Positions 19,339-30,431 of a stretch of DNA of 64,000 nucleotides are shown in pieces; the stretch's first letter is position 1; each line of letters begins with the position of its first letter. A program made the position numbers and the translations under genes. This DNA is from Candidatus Eremiobacteria bacterium. Its GTDB lineage: Bacteria > Vulcanimicrobiota > Vulcanimicrobiia > Vulcanimicrobiales > Vulcanimicrobiaceae. Location of the stretch: contig CAVTRC010000001.1 of NCBI GenBank assembly GCA_963737065.1, forward strand, positions 1,760,001 through 1,824,000, written 5' to 3'. Under the pieces are notes generated by a model, which saw only the letters and a list, made by a program, of their open reading frames with translations, ran no database searches and was not told the DNA's origin.

Positions 19339-20387
19339 CTCGCCCGCGCCGATGGTTGCGTTTCGTGAACGAGGCGCGAGATATCGTTGAGCCCGCTGCG
19401 AATCGCGTTGACGACGGCCGGATCGTATGCGCTGCCGGCGCCTTTGTCGATCGCCTCGATGGCCTGCGCGAGCGAGAACGCAGGACGGTCGGCGCGCGCG
19501 CGAAGCAGTCCGGCCAGCGAATCAGCAACCGCGACCACACGACCCATGATTGGAATCGACGAGCCGCGGAGTTTTCGCGGATAGCCGCCGCCGTCGTAGC
19601 GCTCGTGATGCGTTTGCGCGATGACGGTCGCCGCGCGCATCACCGGCGTCTCGTGACCCGCGAGCAATCGGGCTCCGGCCTCGCAATGGCGCTCGATCGA
19701 CACGCGATCCGCTGCTGACGTTTGCGCGCGCGTCTCGAGAATGCGTTGCGGAATCGTCACTTTGCCGACGTCGTAGATCCGCGCGGCTTGCGCGAGGACC
19801 TGCAACTCTTCGTTCGTGAGTCTCATTTCACGTCCAAGCACGACCGCGAGCTTGGATGCGAGTTCGTGATGGATCACGATGGTCGGGTCGTGCATGACCG
19901 CTACGCTCAGCATCGCATCGATTGTGTCGCGCACATCGATGCTCGGCTTTGCAATTGCGTTCATTTCCGAACGCTTCGTAGAATCCGACAAGCGACTGTG
20001 AAGATCGGCTTTCTCATGCGCAGCTTCTACGATGTGCGCGGCGTGTACGAGAAATTCCGACGGATTGATCGGCTTTTCCAGGTACGCGCGAACGTTCAAT
20101 TCAAACGCGGCACGGCGAAGATCGCGATCGCCCGCTTTACCGCTCGTGAAGATGACCGGCGTGGATTCGCGGCCGTGCAGTAAACGCAAACGCCGGATGA
20201 AATCGAGACCGCTGATGTCGGCGAGCGCGTTGTTGGCAACGATGAACCCGGGGTCGACGCCGGCGAGCCAGTGCAGTGCGTCCGACGCTTTTTTGAAACA
20301 GATGGGTTCTATCTCGGATATCCGCTTCAGTATCTGCGAAAAGCCCGCCAGCGACGCTTCTTGGTCGTCGACGACGGCTACGTACAT
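19335..20387 (-). CDS. Atypical response regulator with degenerate HD-GYP domain (YD-GYP)
   Basis: Receiver VVDD with Asn at the phosphoacceptor position (IVANNAL); RIYDVGK, HHERYDGGGYP. Confidence 0.85.
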   Translation of the reverse strand: MYVAVVDDQEASLAGFSQILKRISEIEPICFKKASDALHWLAGVDPGFIVANNALADISGLDFIRRLRLLHGRESTPVIFTSGKAGDRDLRRAAFELNVRAYLEKPINPSEFLVHAAHIVEAAHEKADLHSRLSDSTKRSEMNAIAKPSIDVRDTIDAMLSVAVMHDPTIVIHHELASKLAVVLGREMRLTNEELQVLAQAARIYDVGKVTIPQRILETRAQTSAADRVSIERHCEAGARLLAGHETPVMRAATVIAQTHHERYDGGGYPRKLRGSSIPIMGRVVAVADSLAGLLRARADRPAFSLAQAIEAIDKGAGSAYDPAVVNAIRSGLNDISRLVHETQPSARAS

Positions 20388-20509
20388 CAGCCCTCCGTAC
20401 GAACTCGACGATTGCTCGTCGCCCGTTCAATGAGTCATCGGCGTATCCGCGCGCACTCTGCACGGGTAGGATGGAGGAAGGCGCTGCCGGGAGGCGCCCG
20501 GAATTGACA

Positions 20510-20536
20510 TTAGCAGACGGCGCATCCGACTGCTAG
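20510..20536 (+). promoter_or_regulatory. CIRCE-like operator (HrcA) upstream of hsp20-lon
   Basis: TTAGCAGAC-N9-GACTGCTAG versus consensus TTAGCACTC-N9-GAGTGCTAA; directly follows TTGACA (20504-20509). Confidence 0.75.
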
Positions 20537-20557
20537 GAGTGCGGGTTTAACACAGCA

Positions 20558-20947
20558 ATGGACTTTGTCGTTCGCTCTCGGTTGGCGTTCGAGCCTAACG
20601 CGGATGTCTTTGTTGACGAAGAACGGGGCCAGATCGTTGTTGCAGTCGAGGTGGCGGGCGCCGACCCAGACTCCCTCCGGGTGGCAATCGACGACCGGTA
20701 CCTGCTGATCACGGGGCGCCGGACTGAGGCGGTACGGTTCCACCGCGGCTCGTTTATCCAGAAAGAAATCGCGTACGGCTCTTTTGCCAAGCGGCTTCAT
20801 TTGCCGTTACCAGTCGACTTTCTCGGTGAGGCCGCGGCCAGCTATGCGGACGGCGTGCTGGTAATCGCGCTTCCCGTTTCAGCCGATGCGTATTTGCCGG
20901 CGACTCGCACCGAAATTCGCATGATTCTGAAGAGGTCAATTTCCTAA
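20558..20947 (+). CDS. Hsp20/alpha-crystallin small heat-shock protein
   Basis: PNADV, EVAG, LLITGRR, EIAYGSFAKRLHLP, ASYADGVL. Confidence 0.9.
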   Translation: MDFVVRSRLAFEPNADVFVDEERGQIVVAVEVAGADPDSLRVAIDDRYLLITGRRTEAVRFHRGSFIQKEIAYGSFAKRLHLPLPVDFLGEAAASYADGVLVIALPVSADAYLPATRTEIRMILKRSIS

Positions 20948-20951
20948 CGAT

Positions 20952-23420
<2,469 letters not shown>

Positions 23421-23485
23421 TAGAACAGCGCCTCAAGACGCGTTGCACCGCCTGCTCGCAGCGAAGCGCGCAGCGACTGCCGTTC

Positions 23486-24286
23486 TCAGAATGAGCGGTG
23501 TATGCGGCGGCTCTTGCGCAGAAACGCGCGAATCCGATCGGGACGAACCGTGGAGAATGCGGTTACGGTAACGATGCGATCCCCGCGTGTCGACGGGGCC
23601 GCGATCACGTACTTGCGCACGATCACGCCGTGTAGCCGTCCGCGCGCGTCGAATGCGCCTGCGCCGGAGTCGCCCTCGTTGCAGCTCGGGCAGTAGATGA
23701 ACGTTTCGTGCACATGCGGATCGGCAACACCGGACGAAGCGACCCACGGAACGCCGTCGGGGTGCCCCACAACCGTCGTATGTTGTCCGCGCGCAAAGTC
23801 GGCGGACGCAAGCGGTGCAGCCGTGTACGTCGTGTTTGCAGCGGCTCGCACGTAAACGAGGGCGAGGTCGTCGTTCCGGTCGCGCACGTCGTATCGCGCG
23901 TAGCGCGCCCGATGCGACGGGAAGACGACGATCGTGCGCCCCGGGTGCGCGACGACGTGACGCGCGGTGATTATCTCGAGATCGCCGCCGCGCATGCCGA
24001 CGATCACGCCGGCGCCTTCGAAGGCGTGCCCGCGCGCGTCGCGGCGCGCGACGAGCACCGTCTCTTTGCGAAGCACGCTCACGAGCTCCTCGTCAGCATG
24101 AAGACGTGCAGCGAGCGCGACGAGTCCCGTATCGATGTATTCATCGCGCCGTGCACGTTCGAAGAGAATGATGCCACGCGCCGCGTCGCTCCAACTGGCG
24201 TTCAGCTCGTAGAGCGAGTAGCCGAAGAACGCCAGGATGATGGCCAGCAGAACGTACGAGACGTCCACGCGGCGCAAGAGCTGCAT
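23486..24286 (-). CDS. Membrane-anchored trypsin-like serine protease
   Basis: N-terminal TM helix; catalytic triad motifs TARHV, DLAL, GDSG. Confidence 0.82.
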   Translation of the reverse strand: MQLLRRVDVSYVLLAIILAFFGYSLYELNASWSDAARGIILFERARRDEYIDTGLVALAARLHADEELVSVLRKETVLVARRDARGHAFEGAGVIVGMRGGDLEIITARHVVAHPGRTIVVFPSHRARYARYDVRDRNDDLALVYVRAAANTTYTAAPLASADFARGQHTTVVGHPDGVPWVASSGVADPHVHETFIYCPSCNEGDSGAGAFDARGRLHGVIVRKYVIAAPSTRGDRIVTVTAFSTVRPDRIRAFLRKSRRIHRSF

Positions 24287-24338
24287 GTCACCGCCATAAC
24301 AGTGCGGCCCGCACCGCCGGATGCGGGCCATGCCGATA

Positions 24339-24821
24339 CTATTTGGCGGCTGCTTTAGCTGCCTCGAGATCTTTTTGAAGCCTCGGAATCGCGGTGTCGG
24401 CAAAGTTGCGCAGGTTCGGAGCGTTTCCGTTCGCTTTCTCCGCTTGCAGCACCGAGATCAGCTGCGTAAGCGTGGCGATCTGATCCTGTGCGAACGATGC
24501 GTTGCTTCCGGTCGCCTTTGGTAAATCGGTCGGGACGTTGATGCCGTCGTAGTCTGCGATCTGAGCGAGTTCGGATCCGACCGCGAGGCAGTCGCTTTGG
24601 ATCGATTTCGCGAGGGCAGTAACGGCAGGGCTTGGGTCGGCCGAACCGTCTTGCACCGCTTCTGCGTTCGCAGCGCTCTGAAGAATCAGCTTCATTGCGG
24701 ACGGAGCGAAGCTTGCGTCGGAGCTGCTTACCGCGTCGTTGGTCGCGCCCATGAGGCAGATGCCGAGTCCAGTTGCAAGCGCCGCTGCCGGAAGTGCACG
24801 AAACACGTTGTGGGTTTTCAT
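24339..24821 (-). CDS. Secreted DUF4142-like protein
   Basis: Signal peptide; SDASFA...ALAKSIQSD...LRNFADTAIPRLQKDLEAAK. Confidence 0.7.
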   Translation of the reverse strand: MKTHNVFRALPAAALATGLGICLMGATNDAVSSSDASFAPSAMKLILQSAANAEAVQDGSADPSPAVTALAKSIQSDCLAVGSELAQIADYDGINVPTDLPKATGSNASFAQDQIATLTQLISVLQAEKANGNAPNLRNFADTAIPRLQKDLEAAKAAAK

Positions 24822-24916
24822 GCATGTAACGATGCGCGTTTGTTCGTCGCGTCACTGCGACTTTTCACGCCGTAAGAATCAAAATTCGTTCATCAATTGA
24901 CCAGAGCCGCTTTTGA

Positions 24917-26299
24917 TTATTCGCGAACCCAAGAAATCGCTGAGACGACGATCAAAAGTGCCGCCAAAAATGCAAAGTATGTCGTCGCGGGAGCAAACGT
25001 TTGTCCGAGCGGTCCGAGCTGTGTAACGCGTGCGAAGTAGACCGCGCTTGCGACCGCAACTCCGAGCAATTGCCCCGTCGTGCGCGCGGTCGCGAGCGTT
25101 CCTGCGGCGATTCCGCGGCGGTGCTGCGGCGCGGACCCCATGATCGCGCTGTTATTCGGCTGGCTGAACACCGCCGTTCCCGCGCCCGTGACGATGAGAG
25201 CGGCAACGATCTGCCAGCCGAGCGGATGCGCTGGCAAACGTGAGAGTAGAAAGAGGCCAATCGCGACGGTAAGCGCGCCCGCAGTCGAAACGTACCGCAC
25301 CGGTACGCGGTCTGACAGTCCGCCCGCGAGCGGTGCAAGCACGACGTTCATCGCCGTGATCGGTACGAGCAGCAGACCGGCCCCGAACGCCGACGCGCCG
25401 AGCGTCGTTTGTGCTGAGAGCGGTACGATAAAAATGACACCCGCAATTCCGACGAAATACACGAGCGCCGCAAGCACGGACAACGCAAACACGCGGTTTT
25501 TGAAGAGCGATAAATCGAGCGTCGGCGCTGCCACGCGTCGCTCAACGGCAATAAAAATGCCAAGCAGCACGACCGCGGTGACGATGAGGCCCCAAGTCCA
25601 GCGCGAGGTCCAACCCCAGAGGTGCGAGCGCGACAGCGCAAGCGAGAGACAGAAGAGCCCGGAAATCGAGAGGAGCGCACCGAGCGAGTCAAATCCCTCG
25701 CCGGTGCGCGGCACCGGTCGCTTCAGAACCAACGCGGCGGCGCTCAATGCAAGGATTGAAATCGGAACGTTGATGAGGAATATCCAACGCCAATCGCCGT
25801 ACGTGATAATCGCTCCCCCGAGCAGCGGTCCGAGCGATAAACCGACGGCAACCGCGGCGCCGTTTAATCCGATCGCGCGCCCGCGCTGTGCAACGGGGAA
25901 GCTATCAACGATCAGTGCCTGATTCGACGAGACGAGCATTGCCGCGCCGACGGCTTGAACGGCGCGCGCGACGATGAGAGAGGGCAGGCTCGGCGAGAAC
26001 GCGCACGCGAGCGAGCTTAGCCCGAAGATCGCGAACCCGCCGAGGTAGATGCGCTTCTGGCCGAACATATCGCCGAGCCGGCCGAACAGGACGAGCGTCG
26101 ACGCCGTGACCAGCATGAACGACAGAATCACCCATTCGGCATCATCGACGGAGGTCGAGTACACGCGCGCGAGCGTCGGCATTGCAACGTTCGCAATCGA
26201 TGCGTCGAGTGTGCCCATCATCGAACCGGTCATGATGACGGCGAGCGCGTACCACCGATAGTGTTCGCTTTCGCGGAGCGCGTGACGCGAACGCGTCAC
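24917..26299 (-). CDS. MFS transporter, DHA2 family
   Basis: TLDASIANVAMP, GRLGDMFGQKR, RAVQAVGAA, WRWIFLINVP; GTG start overlaps the upstream TGA (GTGA). Confidence 0.9.
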   Translation of the reverse strand: MTRSRHALRESEHYRWYALAVIMTGSMMGTLDASIANVAMPTLARVYSTSVDDAEWVILSFMLVTASTLVLFGRLGDMFGQKRIYLGGFAIFGLSSLACAFSPSLPSLIVARAVQAVGAAMLVSSNQALIVDSFPVAQRGRAIGLNGAAVAVGLSLGPLLGGAIITYGDWRWIFLINVPISILALSAAALVLKRPVPRTGEGFDSLGALLSISGLFCLSLALSRSHLWGWTSRWTWGLIVTAVVLLGIFIAVERRVAAPTLDLSLFKNRVFALSVLAALVYFVGIAGVIFIVPLSAQTTLGASAFGAGLLLVPITAMNVVLAPLAGGLSDRVPVRYVSTAGALTVAIGLFLLSRLPAHPLGWQIVAALIVTGAGTAVFSQPNNSAIMGSAPQHRRGIAAGTLATARTTGQLLGVAVASAVYFARVTQLGPLGQTFAPATTYFAFLAALLIVVSAISWVRE

Positions 26300-27249
26300 G
26301 ATTCGCAGCAGTCGGAAATCAGTTCGTTCGCGAGTGCGACGCCCGTGAGCGGCGTCGCGGCATAGCCGTCCGCGCCGATGTGTCGCCACAAATCGGCATG
26401 GCGGTCGAAGATGCTGCCGCCGACGAGGACGATAGGCGCGATCGGCTTCGTTTCGAACACGGCGATCAGATCGCGGATCGCGAGCACGTCGTGCGGACGC
26501 GTCGCCGAGCAGCCGATCACGTCGACGGATACACCGTCCAGATAACGCGCTGCGTCGTTCACCGGGATGCGGCAACCGAGAAACGATGCATGCCATCCGC
26601 AGATCGCGAAGGCATCGGCCGCCATCCGCGCACCGATTCCGTGTTCGGCTTCACCGAGCGCAACGGTGACTGCGGCGAGTTCTCGGTGAGGCCGCGCGGG
26701 CGTGAGATCGCACAGTTGCGCCATGACCCGCTCGGTTGCGTTCGTAATGATGTGTTCGTGCGCGATCGTGATTTCGTTTCGTTGCCACAAGCGGCCGGCT
26801 TCGTGCATGACCGGAGTCAAGACTCTTTCATACACGTCAAGCGATTTTTGCCCGTACGCGACGGCCAGCAATACTTCGCGGAACGCACGATCGTCGTCGC
26901 CGGATAGCAATGCATCGAGATAGCGACGCGCGATTGCTCCATGCGCGGTGTGCTCGTCGATGAGCGGTGTTTCAATGAGACGAGCCGCGGAGAGCTCTGC
27001 GCGCGCACGCGAAAGTGTCTCTCTCGCGGTGGCTTCATCGTCGCCGGAACCGTATTCGGCGCGTTGAAACGTGAGCGATTCGAGCGTGCGCGCGAGTTGC
27101 CCGGGCGAAGCGTAGCGGAACACCAGCAGACTCTGCGCCCATCGGATCGTTTCCACGAAGAGTTCGGGTGTTTGGAGTTCGACGCTGCTTTGAAACGACG
27201 AGAGGATCTCATCGTGGATCCCATCAGGAAGCTCGACGGCTTGTTTCAT
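26296..27249 (-). CDS. Cobalamin-binding domain protein (CarH-type B12-binding_2 plus Rossmann domain), no MerR HTH
   Basis: W-x9-EH motif (WQRNEITIAHEH), EHGIG, GCSAT, LVGG, GADGY. Confidence 0.85.
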   Translation of the reverse strand: MKQAVELPDGIHDEILSSFQSSVELQTPELFVETIRWAQSLLVFRYASPGQLARTLESLTFQRAEYGSGDDEATARETLSRARAELSAARLIETPLIDEHTAHGAIARRYLDALLSGDDDRAFREVLLAVAYGQKSLDVYERVLTPVMHEAGRLWQRNEITIAHEHIITNATERVMAQLCDLTPARPHRELAAVTVALGEAEHGIGARMAADAFAICGWHASFLGCRIPVNDAARYLDGVSVDVIGCSATRPHDVLAIRDLIAVFETKPIAPIVLVGGSIFDRHADLWRHIGADGYAATPLTGVALANELISDCCES

Positions 27250-28283
27250 CCGACGAGCAGGCCTGCACCGTCTTCTACGCGTCCGATTATGGCGTCAAGC
27301 GCGTCGCTTGCACGAAGTCGTTCTCGCAGATCCTCGACGCCGGCCATTGCGATGCTGATCAACAGACCTCCCGACGTTTGAGCATCGGCAAGAACGAGCT
27401 GCGTCGATTCATCAACGCGCGAGTCGAACGCCGTCCACGCCCGGCACGTCGTGAGGTTCTCGCGCGTTCCACCCGGAACGGCCCCATCGCGCGCAAGCTC
27501 GAGAACGCGCGGCATGACTGGGACGGCCGCGGAGTCGATGATGAATCGCACGTTCGAAGCGCTCGCCATTTCGCGTGCGTGTCCGAGCAATCCGTAGCCC
27601 GTAATATCTGTCGCGGCATGCGCGCCGGCCGCCAGCATCGCTCGCGAAGCGGATTCGTTAAGCGTCGTCATCCAATCGACGGCGGGTTGCATCGTATGTT
27701 CGTCAATCACGTCCTGCTTGAGTGCGGTTGCAAGAATGCCGGTGCCGAGCGGCTTGGTCAGTACGAGCACGTCACCCGGACGCGCGCCCGCGTTTGTCAC
27801 GATGCGCTGTGGGTCGATCGTGCCCGTTACCGCCATGCCGTATTTCGGCTCGTCGTCTTTGATCGTGTGCCCGCCCAGGATCGCAACGCCGGCCGCTCGC
27901 GCAACGGTTGCGCCGCCGTCCAAAATCTTCTGAAGAACATCGAGGCTTAGATCTTCCGGAAACGCAGCGATGTTGAGCGCGCAAACCGGCGTGCCGCCCA
28001 TTGCATAAACGTCCGAGAGCGCGTTGGCGGCCGCAATGCGGCCGAAGTCGAACGGATCGTCGACGATCGGCGTAAAGAAATCGACGGTTTGCACGAGCGC
28101 AAGGTCGTCGCGCAAGCGAAACACGCCGGCATCGTCGCACGTGCCGTACCCAACCAGAACTCGTTCGTTCGCAGTAAGCGGCAAGCGGCGCAAGACTTGC
28201 GCCAGCTCGGCGGAGCCGAGTTTACTTGCTCAACCTGCGCACGAAGAACGCGCCGTAAGCCGGACGCGGCCGGTCGATTCCAT
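27246..28283 (-). CDS. selD: Selenide,water dikinase; selenoprotein form with Sec at codon 18
   Basis: From ATG 28283: MESTGRVRLTARSSCAG-TGA-ASKLGSAEL, in frame with DDAGV, QTVDFFTP, NALSDVYAMGG, GGHT, TDITGYGL and DAQTSGGLL. Confidence 0.93.
28181..28229 (-). promoter_or_regulatory. Candidate bacterial SECIS element of selD
   Basis: Immediately 3' of the UGA: hairpins CUCGGC-UCC-GCCGAG and GGCGCAA-GUC-UUGCGCC, enclosed by GCAAG/CUUGC. Confidence 0.6.
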
Positions 28284-28338
28284 AGGAGGACGCTATACCA
28301 CGCCAGGCACCCGCTTCATGCCGCAGAAGTTGGCCGCA

Positions 28339-29502
28339 ATGAAGAAGACGCTGCTGTTCCTTCCCGGTCCGGTGCCGGTTGCGCAATCCGTTCTCGAAGC
28401 GATGGCGTGGCCGATGATCAACCATCGCGGTCCCGAGTTCGCGGACCTAATGGCGCGCATCGAACGCGGAATGCAGCCGATTTTCGGCACCGAGCAAGAC
28501 GTGCTTTTCCTCGGTTCGTCCGGCACGGGCGCCTTAGAAACGGCCGTCGTCAATTGTTTTTCACCGGGCGATATATTGCTTTCGGCGCCCGTCGGCGTGT
28601 TCGGAAAACGCCTTGGCGATATCGCACGCACGTACGGCTGCCACGTTGAAGTGCTTGACACTCCGCTCGGTGCGGCGGTCGATCCAAACGCGCTGCGCGA
28701 GCGTCTTGCGCGCGATACGGGTCGCACGATCAAAGGCGTTTTGCTGACGCAAAACGAGACGTCGACCGGCGTGCAAAACAACATGCGCGACATTGCGGAG
28801 GCGATCGGCGATCATGGCACGCTGACGATCGTCGATGCGGTCAGCGGTCTAGGTGCTTCACCCTTCGAGATGGATGCATGGGGATATGAGGTCGTCGTCA
28901 CCGCGTCCCAGAAAGCGATTGCAGTGCCGCCCGGCATTGCGATGGTTGCGGCGAGCACCCGCGCGTGGCAGGCGATCGAGCGCGCGACGATTCCTCGCTA
29001 TTATTTCGACTTGCGCAAAGCGCGAGAGTTTGCGCGCAAAGGGCAAACGTCGTGGACGCCGCCGATTTCGATCTTCTACGCGCTCGCGGTCGCGCTCGAA
29101 CGTTTCCACGCGGAGGGATTGCAAGCAAACTACGCGCGTCACGCGCGGTATGCTTCGGCGATTCGCGCGGCATTCGAAATGCTCGGCTTCACGATGTTCT
29201 CACGCAGCGACGCGCACTCGGTTACCGTCGTTGCGGCGATACCTCCGCCGGGCGTCGACTGCGGCGAATTGCTGAAGACACTGCGCGAACGCTACGGCGT
29301 GGTTCTCTCCGGCGGTCAGGGAGAATTGACCGGCAAAATCGTGCGTATGGGCACCATGGGCGACGTGAGCGAAGCCGATCTACTCGGTGCGATCGGTGCG
29401 ATCGAACTCGCGCTCGCCGATTGTGGCGTGTCCGTTTCGTTCGGGAACGGCGTAGGCGCTGCGGCGGGCGTGCTGAACGGCCGCGTCACGGCCGCGGTAT
29501 AA
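28339..29502 (+). CDS. Class V PLP aminotransferase (alanine-glyoxylate/serine-pyruvate family)
   Basis: FLPGPV, NHRGPEF, SGTGALE, NETSTG, VDAVS, ASQKA. Confidence 0.92.
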   Translation: MKKTLLFLPGPVPVAQSVLEAMAWPMINHRGPEFADLMARIERGMQPIFGTEQDVLFLGSSGTGALETAVVNCFSPGDILLSAPVGVFGKRLGDIARTYGCHVEVLDTPLGAAVDPNALRERLARDTGRTIKGVLLTQNETSTGVQNNMRDIAEAIGDHGTLTIVDAVSGLGASPFEMDAWGYEVVVTASQKAIAVPPGIAMVAASTRAWQAIERATIPRYYFDLRKAREFARKGQTSWTPPISIFYALAVALERFHAEGLQANYARHARYASAIRAAFEMLGFTMFSRSDAHSVTVVAAIPPPGVDCGELLKTLRERYGVVLSGGQGELTGKIVRMGTMGDVSEADLLGAIGAIELALADCGVSVSFGNGVGAAAGVLNGRVTAAV

Positions 29503-29886
29503 CGGCGATAACGCAAGCACCATAGCACCGACGGCAATGACGTAGAACCCGACGTCCGGATGGACGTCACGTCCGACCGGTCCCACCATGACGTCTGCGC
29601 CGGATGCGCCGGTCACGTTCCAAAACACCGACGAAATCACGTTAACGCGTGACATCATTGCGTATTGGACGCCGAGCAACACCAGGACCGCTGCGGCGCA
29701 AAACGATGCGCCGCGATACCGCCGCGCGCGCGTGAACAGCGCGGCTGCAATACCGAACACAAGAAACGCGAACCCCGGGCCGCTTTGGAGTGCCGTTACA
29801 TCGCGGTACATGACGTGACGGAACGGCAGAAAACATCCGATCGCGATCGCGGCGCATCCCGCAAAGCCCACGAGCCGCTTGTCCAC
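29380..29886 (-). CDS. Hypothetical membrane protein
   Basis: About four hydrophobic segments (GCFLP...VGFYVI); follows cvpA after 2 nt. The tail overlaps the convergent aminotransferase by about 120 bp. Confidence 0.6.
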   Translation of the reverse strand: MDKRLVGFAGCAAIAIGCFLPFRHVMYRDVTALQSGPGFAFLVFGIAAALFTRARRYRGASFCAAAVLVLLGVQYAMMSRVNVISSVFWNVTGASGADVMVGPVGRDVHPDVGFYVIAVGAMVLALSPLYRGRDAAVQHARRSAYAVPERNGHATIGEREFDRTDRTE

Positions 29887-29888
29887 GA

Positions 29889-30431
29889 TTACACGTGATG
29901 CCTGGTGAAATACGGATTCAAGAAGGGACGCGCGAACCAGGGGATCGTCGCTTCGAGCGCGTGATCGATCGTAGGGTCAGGCTCGGTGAAACTCGCTGCA
30001 AGATGCGAGTCGTGCAAGTCTTTGCGGATGTCCGGCGAGAGCGGAAAATAGAGCGCGACGAAGAGCACGAGCCAAATCAGCACCGCGCCTTTCGCGAAGC
30101 CGATGATTCCTCCACCGAGCGAGTTGCCGATGTTGAGAATAGGCAACTTCGCAAAACGGTTCAACACCCAAGAAATCGCGAGAACGATCGCGTAGGTGAT
30201 GCACCCGGTAAGAAACATTCCGACGACGTGCGCGGATCCCGGCCCGAGATGCACGGTCGATTGAAGCCACGGGTCGAACGCACCGTTGTAATACCACGGC
30301 GTGATGAGCGCGGCGAGCACCGCAACCGCCCCGCCGAGTTCCGAGACGAACCCGCGCTTAAACCCTTTCGCGGCCGCGACGATGAGAATGACGGCGATCA
30401 CGATATCCGGCCAGCCGAACCCGGCGATCAT
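29889..30431 (-). CDS. cvpA: CvpA (colicin V production) family membrane protein
   Basis: DIVI...KGFKRGFVSE...NSLGGGIIGFAKG; ATGA-coupled to pheT. Confidence 0.85.
   Translation of the reverse strand: MIAGFGWPDIVIAVILIVAAAKGFKRGFVSELGGAVAVLAALITPWYYNGAFDPWLQSTVHLGPGSAHVVGMFLTGCITYAIVLAISWVLNRFAKLPILNIGNSLGGGIIGFAKGAVLIWLVLFVALYFPLSPDIRKDLHDSHLAASFTEPDPTIDHALEATIPWFARPFLNPYFTRHHV

Noticed and set aside
28230..28232. selD as a nonsense pseudogene
   Set aside because: The TGA sits exactly at the conserved active-site Cys/Sec position and is followed by a SECIS-like hairpin.
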